From an uncultured Planctomycetota bacterium (GTDB lineage: Bacteria; Planctomycetota; Planctomycetia; Gemmatales; HRBIN36): DNA of 64,000 nucleotides. Under the pieces are notes generated by a model. It made no database searches, was not told the DNA's origin, and saw nothing but the letters and a program-made list of their open reading frames with translations. Positions 31,745 through 40,488 of this stretch are shown one piece after another; position 1 is the first letter of the stretch; each line of letters opens with the position of its first letter. The stretch spans positions 14,507 to 78,506 of the forward strand of contig CALFAY010000022.1 in assembly GCA_937944855.1 (NCBI GenBank), given 5' to 3'. Made by a program: the position numbers and the translations under genes.

Positions 31745-33814
31745 TCACCAACCCGCTTCGTCCGGATTGATTCCTGCCCCTGTCATCGTCGGTTCCGCCA
31801 CACTGATTTGCTTAAGCTCTTGCAGGTCGGTGTGGAGATCGTCCAAGTCACCCATCGCCCCGGTCCCATCGTTACCGACGGCGACGAGTCGCCGGGCTTG
31901 CTCCCGATAAACCTCGACTTGGGCTTCGTAGAGTTCCACAAGTTGCCCAACACACGCCTTGACCCACGCTTGCAACTGTCGGTCGTGGACTTCGACCTGC
32001 TCCTGCAACAATTTCCCCAGGCGGTTTTCGAGCGTCTGGCGAGTCACCCATAAAGCCAGACGAGGGAAAAGCGAAGCCCACCAGGGTCGGACGCAGTGCA
32101 ACTTCTCCTGGAGCGGCGTGAGATCCAAGACCGGCAGGCCACGGAAGATCAAGCCCCGGATCGCGGTCTCATCGGCCTCGACCAGCGGTGCCGACTGTCG
32201 CAGAGCTTCCAGGCTGCGAACCAAGTTCTGTTGGAGAGCGGCCACCAACTCCTGAGCCATCCTGTCCCGTTGGGTCAGGACGTACTGAAGCGCATCAAGG
32301 ACTGGCTGCCCATTTTTGCTGGCGCACTTCACCACCGCTTGGGCCGCGTCGCTCAGGGCGATCTTCACCAGGGAAGGCCCGTCCGTTGTCCGGTCTCGGC
32401 AGCGGACCTGGACTTGACGAATCTCCTCGTCGGTTTGGTCGAGGTACTGCCGCAAAGCTGTCGCGCTGGCTGAAGAACGGCCCTTGTCACTTCCGCCCTC
32501 GCTCCGTGTCGCAAGCGTCTGTAACTGTGTGATGACAGACTCCCGCAGGAGGTTGATCTTGCGCCGCAGGGACGCTTCCAGCAAGGCTCGATGCCGGACC
32601 AATTGCGGCTCGACCTCGTTCTCAAACCATCGGAAGAGCAGTTCCTCATTGGAGCCCATGGTGCTGACGGGATGGACCGGTAGTTCGAGGCTAAGCTCCC
32701 GCCGCACATTTTCGCGGATGTAATTCACCGCTCGTTCCCGATCAGCGGGCGTCAGCAGGTCGGCCTTGCTGAGCAGAACTTGGGCTGGCACGCCTGCCTC
32801 GTAGAGGAGCCGAAGCAGGTCCAGGTCCTCCGGGGTAAGGGCGGAGGCGGCATCGATCAGCACCACGCCCAGGTCGCAGTGCGGCAAGTAGGCCAACGTC
32901 TCCGCACTGCCGGACCGGGCCAACGAGCCGATGCCCGGCGTGTCCACGAGCACGATACCCTCGCGGAGCCTGGCAGCGGGGAGTTGCACGAGGATGTCAG
33001 TGACGTGTTTCTTATTGCCGGGGTTTTTCTCTTCCGAAGCGTAATTGCCCAGTTCCTCCAGGGGGACGGTGCGGGGCGGCTGTTCAGCGAACGAGATGAA
33101 AGCGGCAGCCTGATCGCCGCTTATCAGCCGGGTTGGCACGGCGGTAATCGGGGTGACCCCCACGGGAAGAACGTCTGCACCGATGAGGTGGTTCAGGAGC
33201 GTAGACTTGCCGGAGCTGACACGGCCGAACATGGCAATCTCGAAGCGGGGGGCTTCCAGCCGACGCACGATCAGGTCGAGCTGAGGCCGAAACTCGACCA
33301 GCCCCCAGCGTGTGATTACCCGGTCGAGCACCTGGAGCATCTCCACGTTGGCGGGCGCTGCCTCCAGGCGCGCCAGCCGTTGCGGCAGGTCCTGGCCCAG
33401 ACCCTGGCGCAGATAGTTGGCGATGCGGTCGATGACCCGAGAGAGTTCCTGTTGAATCTTGAGGGCTTGTACCTGGCCACTGGCGTCCAGAGGACCGTAA
33501 CCGCGCAGTCGATCCGGACTAAGCTCTGCGGTGGCGATATTCAAAAAGATCATGCCGCACTGCAAGGACCAGCGCAGGCTGGTCTGATGCACCTCCAAGG
33601 GAATGTCGGCTTCTTGCAGGCAGGCAAGCATGGTGCTGCGCAGGCGGTTGAAGTAGTCCTGAACTACTCGCCTCTCGGTCGGCGACAGGTCGTTGACGTA
33701 TTGCGAGAAGGGGGAGGTATTCAGGCTCTGGGACAGCATGGCCTCCATCTCCGCCAAGCGCCGGTGGATATCGAGGAAGCTGAAAAGGACAGAACGCTTC
33801 TGGGATTCGTTCAT
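31745..33814 (-). CDS. Bacterial dynamin-like GTPase
   Basis: G1 GRVSSGKS, G2 region LPVGVTPITAVPT, G3 DTPG, G4 SKAD; helical N- and C-terminal regions; RBS AGAGG before ATG 33814. Confidence 0.9.
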   Translation of the reverse strand: MNESQKRSVLFSFLDIHRRLAEMEAMLSQSLNTSPFSQYVNDLSPTERRVVQDYFNRLRSTMLACLQEADIPLEVHQTSLRWSLQCGMIFLNIATAELSPDRLRGYGPLDASGQVQALKIQQELSRVIDRIANYLRQGLGQDLPQRLARLEAAPANVEMLQVLDRVITRWGLVEFRPQLDLIVRRLEAPRFEIAMFGRVSSGKSTLLNHLIGADVLPVGVTPITAVPTRLISGDQAAAFISFAEQPPRTVPLEELGNYASEEKNPGNKKHVTDILVQLPAARLREGIVLVDTPGIGSLARSGSAETLAYLPHCDLGVVLIDAASALTPEDLDLLRLLYEAGVPAQVLLSKADLLTPADRERAVNYIRENVRRELSLELPVHPVSTMGSNEELLFRWFENEVEPQLVRHRALLEASLRRKINLLRESVITQLQTLATRSEGGSDKGRSSASATALRQYLDQTDEEIRQVQVRCRDRTTDGPSLVKIALSDAAQAVVKCASKNGQPVLDALQYVLTQRDRMAQELVAALQQNLVRSLEALRQSAPLVEADETAIRGLIFRGLPVLDLTPLQEKLHCVRPWWASLFPRLALWVTRQTLENRLGKLLQEQVEVHDRQLQAWVKACVGQLVELYEAQVEVYREQARRLVAVGNDGTGAMGDLDDLHTDLQELKQISVAEPTMTGAGINPDEAGW

Positions 33815-33856
33815 GGTGGTCGCCTCTGGTTGGACCTGCCCCCAGCACGCCTCGCC

Positions 33857-33893
33857 GCAAAGGAAAAGCCCTCGGGAAGGCTCCCGAGGGCTT
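33857..33893 (-). terminator. Intrinsic terminator in the dynamin gene leader (riboswitch expression platform)
   Basis: AAGCCCTCGGGA-GCCT-TCCCGAGGGCTT, a 12-bp stem followed by TTCCTTT on the minus strand. Confidence 0.85.
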
Positions 33894-33933
33894 CGGCTCA
33901 CTTACTTGGCCCCTACCCGAAGCGAATGCCTTC

Positions 33934-33988
33934 CGGTAGGGGTTATCAGCCGCATGAGGCGGCGGTTGATGGCGAACCCCATCGCCAC
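33934..33988 (-). ncRNA. Fluoride riboswitch (crcB motif)
   Basis: Minus strand reads GGCGATGGGGTTCGCC-ATCAACC-GCCGC CTCAT GCGGC-TGAT-AACCCC-TAC: P1 GGCGA/TCGCC, P2 GCCGC/GCGGC, pseudoknot GGGGT/ACCCC, conserved GATGG, CTGAT and CTAC. Confidence 0.93.
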
Positions 33989-33992
33989 GGTA

Positions 33993-34021
33993 AATCTATC
34001 CGCTTACGGGTTAACCGGCAA
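33993..34021 (-). promoter_or_regulatory. Sigma70-type promoter for the riboswitch-dynamin transcript
   Basis: TTGCCG-17 nt-TAGATT, ending 6 nt before the first G of the aptamer. Confidence 0.7.
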
Positions 34022-34053
34022 TATGCCGTCATTTCAGGTCCCCAAATCGGGCA

Positions 34054-35442
34054 TTAATTGACCTTCACTTCGCCCAACGACAGCCAACCTGGAGCGTCGG
34101 CGTCCTGAGCGACATTGGCAAAGCGCAGCGGCTTGCCACCTTTCATCGGATTCGGCACCCACACTGCCAGAACGTAACGCCCTGCTGGAACGCCTTTCAG
34201 CTCAAGGACGTCGCGCCAGACTCGCGGCTTGTCACCCGGAAGGAGGCCGATCAGTTTGCCTGAGCCGGGGAATGTCTTGATCGGTTTGCCATCGTTCAGC
34301 AGACCGAATTCCGGCCTCCAGTCGTAATAGAACGGAGCTACACCACGGTTTTCGATTTCCAGTTTCACCTCGATTTGGCTGCGTGCCAGGGTGCGGATAG
34401 TGACACCGGGGCAATGAAACTCATAACCCATCCGTCGGACCTCCTCCTTGGCCCGCTGGATCCGCTCGGGATTCTGTTTTCTGCGAAACATGCCGCTGTC
34501 CATCAGCCAAGTGACGTGTGTCGCCTCGACACATTGGCGAAAGTTCTGAATTCTCGGGTTCCCCGGGTCCGGATCGAAGACCCGTCCCCAGGCTTCCGGG
34601 CGAATCTCGCCGCCGATGGGATGGGTCTTCCACCGCGCTTCGGCTTCCGGGCCGGCCGCTTTCAGCGCCGTCATGAAAAACCACTCGTCTCCCCTTTTGC
34701 CCGTATGCAACGTCGCCCAGGCAAACGAATCGTCGTGGTAGCCGAATCTGCGGTGGGCCGTCGGGGCCTTGGTTGGGTCATTCGGACCGGCTGGGTAACG
34801 CAGGAGGATAGGCGTAGTCTGAAAGGCCGACTCGTAGGCGTCCAGGACTTCCTCCTGTACCTGCTTGCTGGCGAACAGATCATCGCGGGGCCAGTTGTGC
34901 CATTCTCCCCAGGTGCCCAGAAGACCAGCCGTGATGAATCCGATGCGGGGATCCCCGTCGTATTTCTTGCCCAAAGCGATGACGAAGTTTTTCAGCGACC
35001 GCCTCAACTTCGGATCCGAGTAGTCCGGGGTTTCCAGCATGGCCGCCGGTTTGTCCGGAAACTCCTGAAAGGGCCAGCGCGTCACCTTCAAACCATCCTT
35101 TATCAGAAACTCTGGGATGACTCCTGACTTGTTGGGATACTCGAGGAAGATCCGGAAGACCGTTTGATGGCCACGCGAGGCGATGTCGTCCAGGAGGCGT
35201 TCCAGCGGTTGCCAATCGAATTCGTCGTAACCCTTCACAAGTGCCGCGTAGGGGAGATAGTTGAACTCCATGCTGTGGGGAAAGCGGTCACGGACGTCTC
35301 CCTGATAGGGAACGAGTCCCTTCAGCGGGTTGTCCACCGGTGCCGGGGCATATGCCAGGGCACGACGGGCATCGTCTGCTCGGGTAGCGCTGAGAGCGGC
35401 CAAGACGACCAGCCACAGCAGAAGCACCGCCAGACGAAACAT
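34054..35442 (-). CDS. Secreted DUF4832-type (glycoside-hydrolase-like) protein
   Basis: Signal peptide; PVDNPLKGLVPY, GLLGTWGEWH, PIGGEIRPE, NRGVAPFYYDW, KPLRFAN. Confidence 0.75.
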   Translation of the reverse strand: MFRLAVLLLWLVVLAALSATRADDARRALAYAPAPVDNPLKGLVPYQGDVRDRFPHSMEFNYLPYAALVKGYDEFDWQPLERLLDDIASRGHQTVFRIFLEYPNKSGVIPEFLIKDGLKVTRWPFQEFPDKPAAMLETPDYSDPKLRRSLKNFVIALGKKYDGDPRIGFITAGLLGTWGEWHNWPRDDLFASKQVQEEVLDAYESAFQTTPILLRYPAGPNDPTKAPTAHRRFGYHDDSFAWATLHTGKRGDEWFFMTALKAAGPEAEARWKTHPIGGEIRPEAWGRVFDPDPGNPRIQNFRQCVEATHVTWLMDSGMFRRKQNPERIQRAKEEVRRMGYEFHCPGVTIRTLARSQIEVKLEIENRGVAPFYYDWRPEFGLLNDGKPIKTFPGSGKLIGLLPGDKPRVWRDVLELKGVPAGRYVLAVWVPNPMKGGKPLRFANVAQDADAPGWLSLGEVKVN

Positions 35443-35479
35443 CGGGGCCTCCAGTTAACTCTCCCTGGGCCGCTCGACC

Positions 35480-36406
35480 TCACGCGGCGTTGAACGCCTT
35501 GCGAAGGAGTTCCAGGCTTTTCGGGATAGCGGTCACGGGGTTTTCCCTACCCTCGAATTCCAACGACACATAGCTGCGGTATTGATGTTTATGGAGAAGC
35601 CGGGCGATGCGATCGTAATCCAGGTCAAGCGTGTACCAGAGTCCGCCGCCGTAGTACGTCTTGGCCTGAACCAGCACTGTCTTGGGAGCGAGTTGTTCGA
35701 GTCGGTCGTAAGGATCCTCCAGGAAGTTCCCGGTGTCGAGCGTGACTTGCAGCCAGGGGGAGTTGATCGCGTTGACGATCCGCAAGACTCCTTCGGGAGT
35801 GCGTCCCAAACCCCAGTGATTCTCCAATCCCAGAATGACGCCGCATTTCTCGGCCGTTTTCAGGCAAGCCGTCAGCCCGTCGATCACCCACGGATAGGCG
35901 TCCTCATCGGTGTAGCCTTGGATCGGCGGCTCGAGGCCACGATTCTTCATCAGCTCGTCAAAGTTCTTGCTAGTCCGCCAAGTCCCCGTGTTGACCCGCA
36001 GCGTCGGAATCCCAAGTTTGTAAGCCAGCTCGATGCAGTGGATGGTATGATCGACGTTCTTCTGTCGCTCCTCCTTCGAGGGAAACAGGAAGCTCTGATG
36101 CGTGGAGAAACCTATCAGGTCCAAGCCGTTCAGGAATGCACGGCGTTTAATCCTATGGAGCGCGGCATCGCTCTCGTCCGTCATCTGTCGGTGAAGGATC
36201 TCTACGCCGTCGAAGCCCATGTCGGCTGCGGCGTCAATGCACCTGTCGATGTCACGCCACTCAGCTCGCTGGAACTGCCAAAACGAATAGGTCGAAACGC
36301 CGATGCGGTTGCGGATTCTTGCCTTGGTCGGCTCGGCCGAGCAGAGACCCGAGGTCAGACCTCCCGTGACCGCCACGCCGAGAAACGTCCGACGATCCCA
36401 TAACAT
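35480..36406 (-). CDS. Sugar phosphate isomerase/epimerase (xylose-isomerase-like TIM barrel), Tat signal
   Basis: DRRTFL signal; GFDGVE, LENHWG, LDTGNF, SLEFEG. Confidence 0.88.
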   Translation of the reverse strand: MLWDRRTFLGVAVTGGLTSGLCSAEPTKARIRNRIGVSTYSFWQFQRAEWRDIDRCIDAAADMGFDGVEILHRQMTDESDAALHRIKRRAFLNGLDLIGFSTHQSFLFPSKEERQKNVDHTIHCIELAYKLGIPTLRVNTGTWRTSKNFDELMKNRGLEPPIQGYTDEDAYPWVIDGLTACLKTAEKCGVILGLENHWGLGRTPEGVLRIVNAINSPWLQVTLDTGNFLEDPYDRLEQLAPKTVLVQAKTYYGGGLWYTLDLDYDRIARLLHKHQYRSYVSLEFEGRENPVTAIPKSLELLRKAFNAA

Positions 36407-36838
36407 GGAGAAGCTCCCCGATGGCTTCAGGAAGTTGTAGCTGAACCAGAAAAACCGCATCCAGGAGGATAATATCTCGTCCTCCCTGCTGCCAGGGTTG
36501 GGCCAACTCCGCAGCTTTTGAGACATCCGCTGGGTCGGACATATGCCATGTCATTTTGATTCGTGTTAAACATGACTTCTAACTTCGTGATGCTGGCATT
36601 TGCTGCTGTGAATTGAGGGTCGCGTGAACGGGCAGCGGTCGGTGGCTCTGGAAACGGACCGAGACACCGCGGCTGCTCGCGGGCACTGGTGGCTCGGTCA
36701 GCAGGGTGTGGTGCTTGCGTTGGCTGGGGATCGAGGGCACAATCAGCGTCTCGGCCCGCGAATCGCCGCCCAGCACCGACCCACTGCCAACGAGGGCAGG
36801 TTGGTCCGGGCCGAATCAGGAACGGGAGGACCTGCATC

Positions 36839-37693
36839 ATGTCCTGGAAAGCACGTTCGCAGCAGCGGCTGCCGGAATGGCCGTTGCTTCTGCTTGCCGT
36901 GGTCGTCGTTGCCGCAGTCTGTTTTCCGCTGTGGAGTTTCCTGGCCCCCAGCGAAGGAGCCGAGCCGATCCTGACCCGGGAACGGGTCGTCCGGCTGCTG
37001 TTGGGACCGGAGCAGATCGCCTGCTATGCCTGCTTCGTGTGGGCTGCCATGTTGCTCGCACTGCGCTGGCGGGAAGTGCGACGGCAACGGCGGGCCTTCG
37101 CCCTGAATCTGCTGCCGACCGATGAAACTTTGCGGATCCTGCCGGAAGACGCCCGTCCGCTCCAACGGCGCGTCAACCACCTGAGCGAACGCGGCGGGCC
37201 GTACCTGCTGACAAGCATGATTCACTTGGCCTTGAGCAAATTCGCCGTCAGCCGGTCGCCGCAGGACGCTAACCAGACCGTGCAGGCGCAGGCGGACGTC
37301 GAGCTGGGCCGCATGGGCACTTCCCTGGCCACGGTCCAATATCTCGCCTGGGCGATTCCGGCCCTGGGCTTTCTGGGAACGGTGCGGGGCATCGGACTGG
37401 CCTTGACCGTGGCCCCGACGCTGACGGACGAATCGCTGCCCGATTTCCTGCACGTCACGACCCGCTGCCTCGCCGTGGCCTTCGACACCACTCTGGTCGC
37501 CCTTTTTTTGAGTCTGCTTCTGATGTACGTCTTGCACGCGGTGCAGCGGGACCAGGAAGAGCTGGTGCTCGATTGTCAGGAGTATTGCCTGGAGCACCTG
37601 ATTACGCGGCTGTACGACCTGGAAAAGACCGCGGCGGCGACTTCGGAGACGGAAACCGACGGCTTCGAGCCGATGCGGCCCTGGTCGGCGTAA
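36839..37693 (+). CDS. MotA/TolQ/ExbB proton-channel family protein
   Basis: AIPALGFLGTVRGI...AFDTTLVAL; RBS GGAGG before ATG 36839. Confidence 0.88.
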   Translation: MSWKARSQQRLPEWPLLLLAVVVVAAVCFPLWSFLAPSEGAEPILTRERVVRLLLGPEQIACYACFVWAAMLLALRWREVRRQRRAFALNLLPTDETLRILPEDARPLQRRVNHLSERGGPYLLTSMIHLALSKFAVSRSPQDANQTVQAQADVELGRMGTSLATVQYLAWAIPALGFLGTVRGIGLALTVAPTLTDESLPDFLHVTTRCLAVAFDTTLVALFLSLLLMYVLHAVQRDQEELVLDCQEYCLEHLITRLYDLEKTAAATSETETDGFEPMRPWSA

Positions 37694-37757
37694 GGGGGCG
37701 CGGAGGCAGGGCTGGATTTGGCAAGCACGTTCCGCTTAACAGGGGAAACACGACGCG

Positions 37758-38906
37758 ATGACGCTGGCTGCCGTGGATTTCAGCGCGGATCGGATATGGG
37801 CGTGGTCTGGTGCTGCGGGACAAACGCCTCAAATCGTTCCTTTGGAAAGTGCGGACCCAGAATTGCCTTTGGCTGTAGCCGTTGTTGGGCGAGAGCTGCG
37901 GGCCGGTCGGTGGGCCTTGCACCGGGCACGATGTCTGCCGCATCGGGTCTGTCGGCACTTTCTGCCCCGCCTGGGTCAGTCCTGCGTGTGGGACTTAGGA
38001 CGGTATCGCCTGACCCCGGAAGCGGCCCTTCGGACTGTGCTGCTGCGGATGCGGCCGCACCTCGTCGGAAGTCGGGGCGTGGCCCTGAGCGTACCGGGTT
38101 ATTTGCACCGCGAGCAGGTCAGCCTGCTGGCCCGGCTGGGAGTGGAAGCCGGATTGCCGATCCTCGGGGCCCTTCCCCGCGCAGCTGCGGTGGCCTTGGC
38201 CGCCAATCCGTCCGGCATCGCTCCTTCCGTCGGCGTAGTTGTGGACGTGGATGACCATGCCCTGCTGTCCTGCGCCGTCGAGTGGAGCGGCCATGAGCTA
38301 CTGATCCGTCCGCCCTGGATTCTGACCGGCCTGGGTTTGCGGGTCTGGCGAGAACAGGTGATTCGCTGTGTGGCAGAGCAGTGCATCCGCTGGTGTCGCC
38401 GCGATCCCCGAGACTCTCCCGAAGCCGATCAATCCGTGTTCGATCAAACCGATGACGTGCTGGAGCAATGCAGTCAGAGCCGTCCCGCGGTCGTCCGGGT
38501 GCAAGCGGTGAGTTGGTATCAGGAGGTAACGATACGACCGGAAGCGGTGGCGGCGGGCTGTAGCGTTCTCAGTCGCCAGGCTGCGGAAGCGATCTGGCAA
38601 TGCGTGCTGCGGGCGTCGCCCTGCGGCCAGGAACCCGCCGTCTGGTTCACCGCCGAAGCCGCCCGGTTGCCGGGTCTGGCCGCTGCCTTCTACGCCCGCA
38701 GCGACGAACAGATTCCGATCAGTATGATCGCACTGTCGGACCTCGGTCGGGCCGTTCACGCCTTGGCCGGACGAATCGCTACCGGCGAACTAGCACCGGG
38801 ATACCTGGAAACTGCTGTGCCCCTGCCGTCGTCCCGGGTCGATGAGAAAACGGAACACGCCGGCTTGAGCCCTCTGCCGCGGTATTCGGTTGGTGAGGCG
38901 ACCTGA
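37758..38906 (+). CDS. Degenerate Hsp70/actin-like ATPase-fold protein
   Basis: Spacing of AAVDFS, LSVPGYL...AGL...PRAAAVALA and VVVDVDD follows the Hsp70 nucleotide-binding domain; no substrate-binding domain. Confidence 0.6.
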   Translation: MTLAAVDFSADRIWAWSGAAGQTPQIVPLESADPELPLAVAVVGRELRAGRWALHRARCLPHRVCRHFLPRLGQSCVWDLGRYRLTPEAALRTVLLRMRPHLVGSRGVALSVPGYLHREQVSLLARLGVEAGLPILGALPRAAAVALAANPSGIAPSVGVVVDVDDHALLSCAVEWSGHELLIRPPWILTGLGLRVWREQVIRCVAEQCIRWCRRDPRDSPEADQSVFDQTDDVLEQCSQSRPAVVRVQAVSWYQEVTIRPEAVAAGCSVLSRQAAEAIWQCVLRASPCGQEPAVWFTAEAARLPGLAAAFYARSDEQIPISMIALSDLGRAVHALAGRIATGELAPGYLETAVPLPSSRVDEKTEHAGLSPLPRYSVGEAT

Positions 38907-38952
38907 GTGCATCGGGAAAAGCCCCGTCAGGTTGCCGGGGAGGCCAAGAATC

Positions 38953-40446
38953 ATGCGACACCGTCAGCGTACGCCGATGATCTTCAGCTTGTCCATGATC
39001 GACATGCTGTGCTGCGGCCTCGGAGCGGTCATTTTCCTGATGATCTTGTACTCCTGGGACGCCCGCAGGCAGTCGCGGGCGTTGACAGCCGCGCGACTAC
39101 GCCTGGAGCATCTGCATCAGCACCTTGGCGAAGCGGAAAAAACTCTCCAGTCCACGCACGAGGACTTGCAGACGACCCGGCTGGCTCTGCAACGCAGCGA
39201 GGAAGCGGTTCGAGACCAGAGCGGCAAACTGGCCACCCTGGCCGCCTTGCTCGATCAGTCGCGGCGTCAGACCGCCCGCAAGGAAGAGGAGCTTTCCGCT
39301 CTGCAAAGCGAACTGAGTTTCGTGACTCTGGCACTGGCTCATCGGGAAGCGGTAACGGAATCGCTCCGGAAGGACTTGGCCGCCCGGACGCAGGAACTGC
39401 GGCAGGAGGCGGATCGGCGAGCCGCTGCTGAACGGAAACTCGCCGACGCTGTCAGCCTCGCCGAACAGGTCCCGTTGCTTCGCCGTCAACTGGCCGAGCG
39501 GGTCAAGGAACTGGAAACCGAAATCGCGGCGGGGAAGCGACAGATCAAGGAGATGCAGGACCGGCTGACGATGGAAGAGAAGCGGCGGACCATGGCGGAA
39601 GAACAACTGGCGATGCTGCCGCGACTCCGCGACCAACTCGCCGAGGCCCTTCGCAAGACGACCGATCTGGAAGCAGCCCGCTCTCAGGTGCTCAAGGAAA
39701 AGGAGCAAGGCACCCTGCGGATGACGGAATTACAGCGGTTGTTGGAAACCGCCCAGCGGGAAAACGTCATGTTGCGCCACCAGATCAGGCAAGAGCAGTC
39801 CACGACGGGAACGCTGCGCAAGCAACTGGCTGAGGCCGACGCACGCTTCGCCGGCATCGACCTGTCGGGCAAGCGGGTCGTCCTGCTGGTGGACAAGTCC
39901 GGCAGCATGGACTACTCGGAAGGAAACAAACCGGACCCGGCCAAATGGCCTGCGGTCTGCCGCACGGTCGCCCAGGTGTTGGGGAGCCTGCGGAGCGTGG
40001 AACGGTTTCAGGTGATCCTGTTTTCCGATCAGGTCTCATATCCGCTCGGCCGTCCGGATGGCTGGCATGAGTTCGATGCCGACCGCTCGCCGCAGCAGGT
40101 GCAGGAGGCCCTGGCCGGCGTCCGACCTGGCGGCGATACGAATCTCTATCTCGGTTTTGAGGCAGCGTTCCGCTTCAAGGCGATGGGCATGGACGCGATC
40201 TATCTGTTCTCCGACGGTCTGCCGAACGTCGGTCCCGGCCTGCCCAGCCCGCCGCCCAAAGACGAAGCGGCCCTGGCGGCGGCCCTGGGTCGGCATGTCC
40301 GCGACGCCATTCGCCGCGGCTGGAACGCCCGCGCCTCGCAGGTCCGCATTCACGCCGTCGGCTTCTATTACGACAGCCCGGCGTTGGGAGCGTTCCTGTG
40401 GTCGCTGACCAGGGAAAATGGCGGCAGCTTTGTCGGCCTCCATTAG
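38953..40446 (+). CDS. Membrane-anchored coiled-coil protein with C-terminal vWA domain
   Basis: N-terminal TM FSLSMIDMLCCGLGAVIFLMIL, long heptad-rich region, MIDAS DKSGSM...GGDT...FSDGLP. Confidence 0.85.
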   Translation: MRHRQRTPMIFSLSMIDMLCCGLGAVIFLMILYSWDARRQSRALTAARLRLEHLHQHLGEAEKTLQSTHEDLQTTRLALQRSEEAVRDQSGKLATLAALLDQSRRQTARKEEELSALQSELSFVTLALAHREAVTESLRKDLAARTQELRQEADRRAAAERKLADAVSLAEQVPLLRRQLAERVKELETEIAAGKRQIKEMQDRLTMEEKRRTMAEEQLAMLPRLRDQLAEALRKTTDLEAARSQVLKEKEQGTLRMTELQRLLETAQRENVMLRHQIRQEQSTTGTLRKQLAEADARFAGIDLSGKRVVLLVDKSGSMDYSEGNKPDPAKWPAVCRTVAQVLGSLRSVERFQVILFSDQVSYPLGRPDGWHEFDADRSPQQVQEALAGVRPGGDTNLYLGFEAAFRFKAMGMDAIYLFSDGLPNVGPGLPSPPPKDEAALAAALGRHVRDAIRRGWNARASQVRIHAVGFYYDSPALGAFLWSLTRENGGSFVGLH

Positions 40447-40488
40447 ACCGCGTTGCCGAGCGGGCCACATGCCCAGTCCCGCCCCGGT

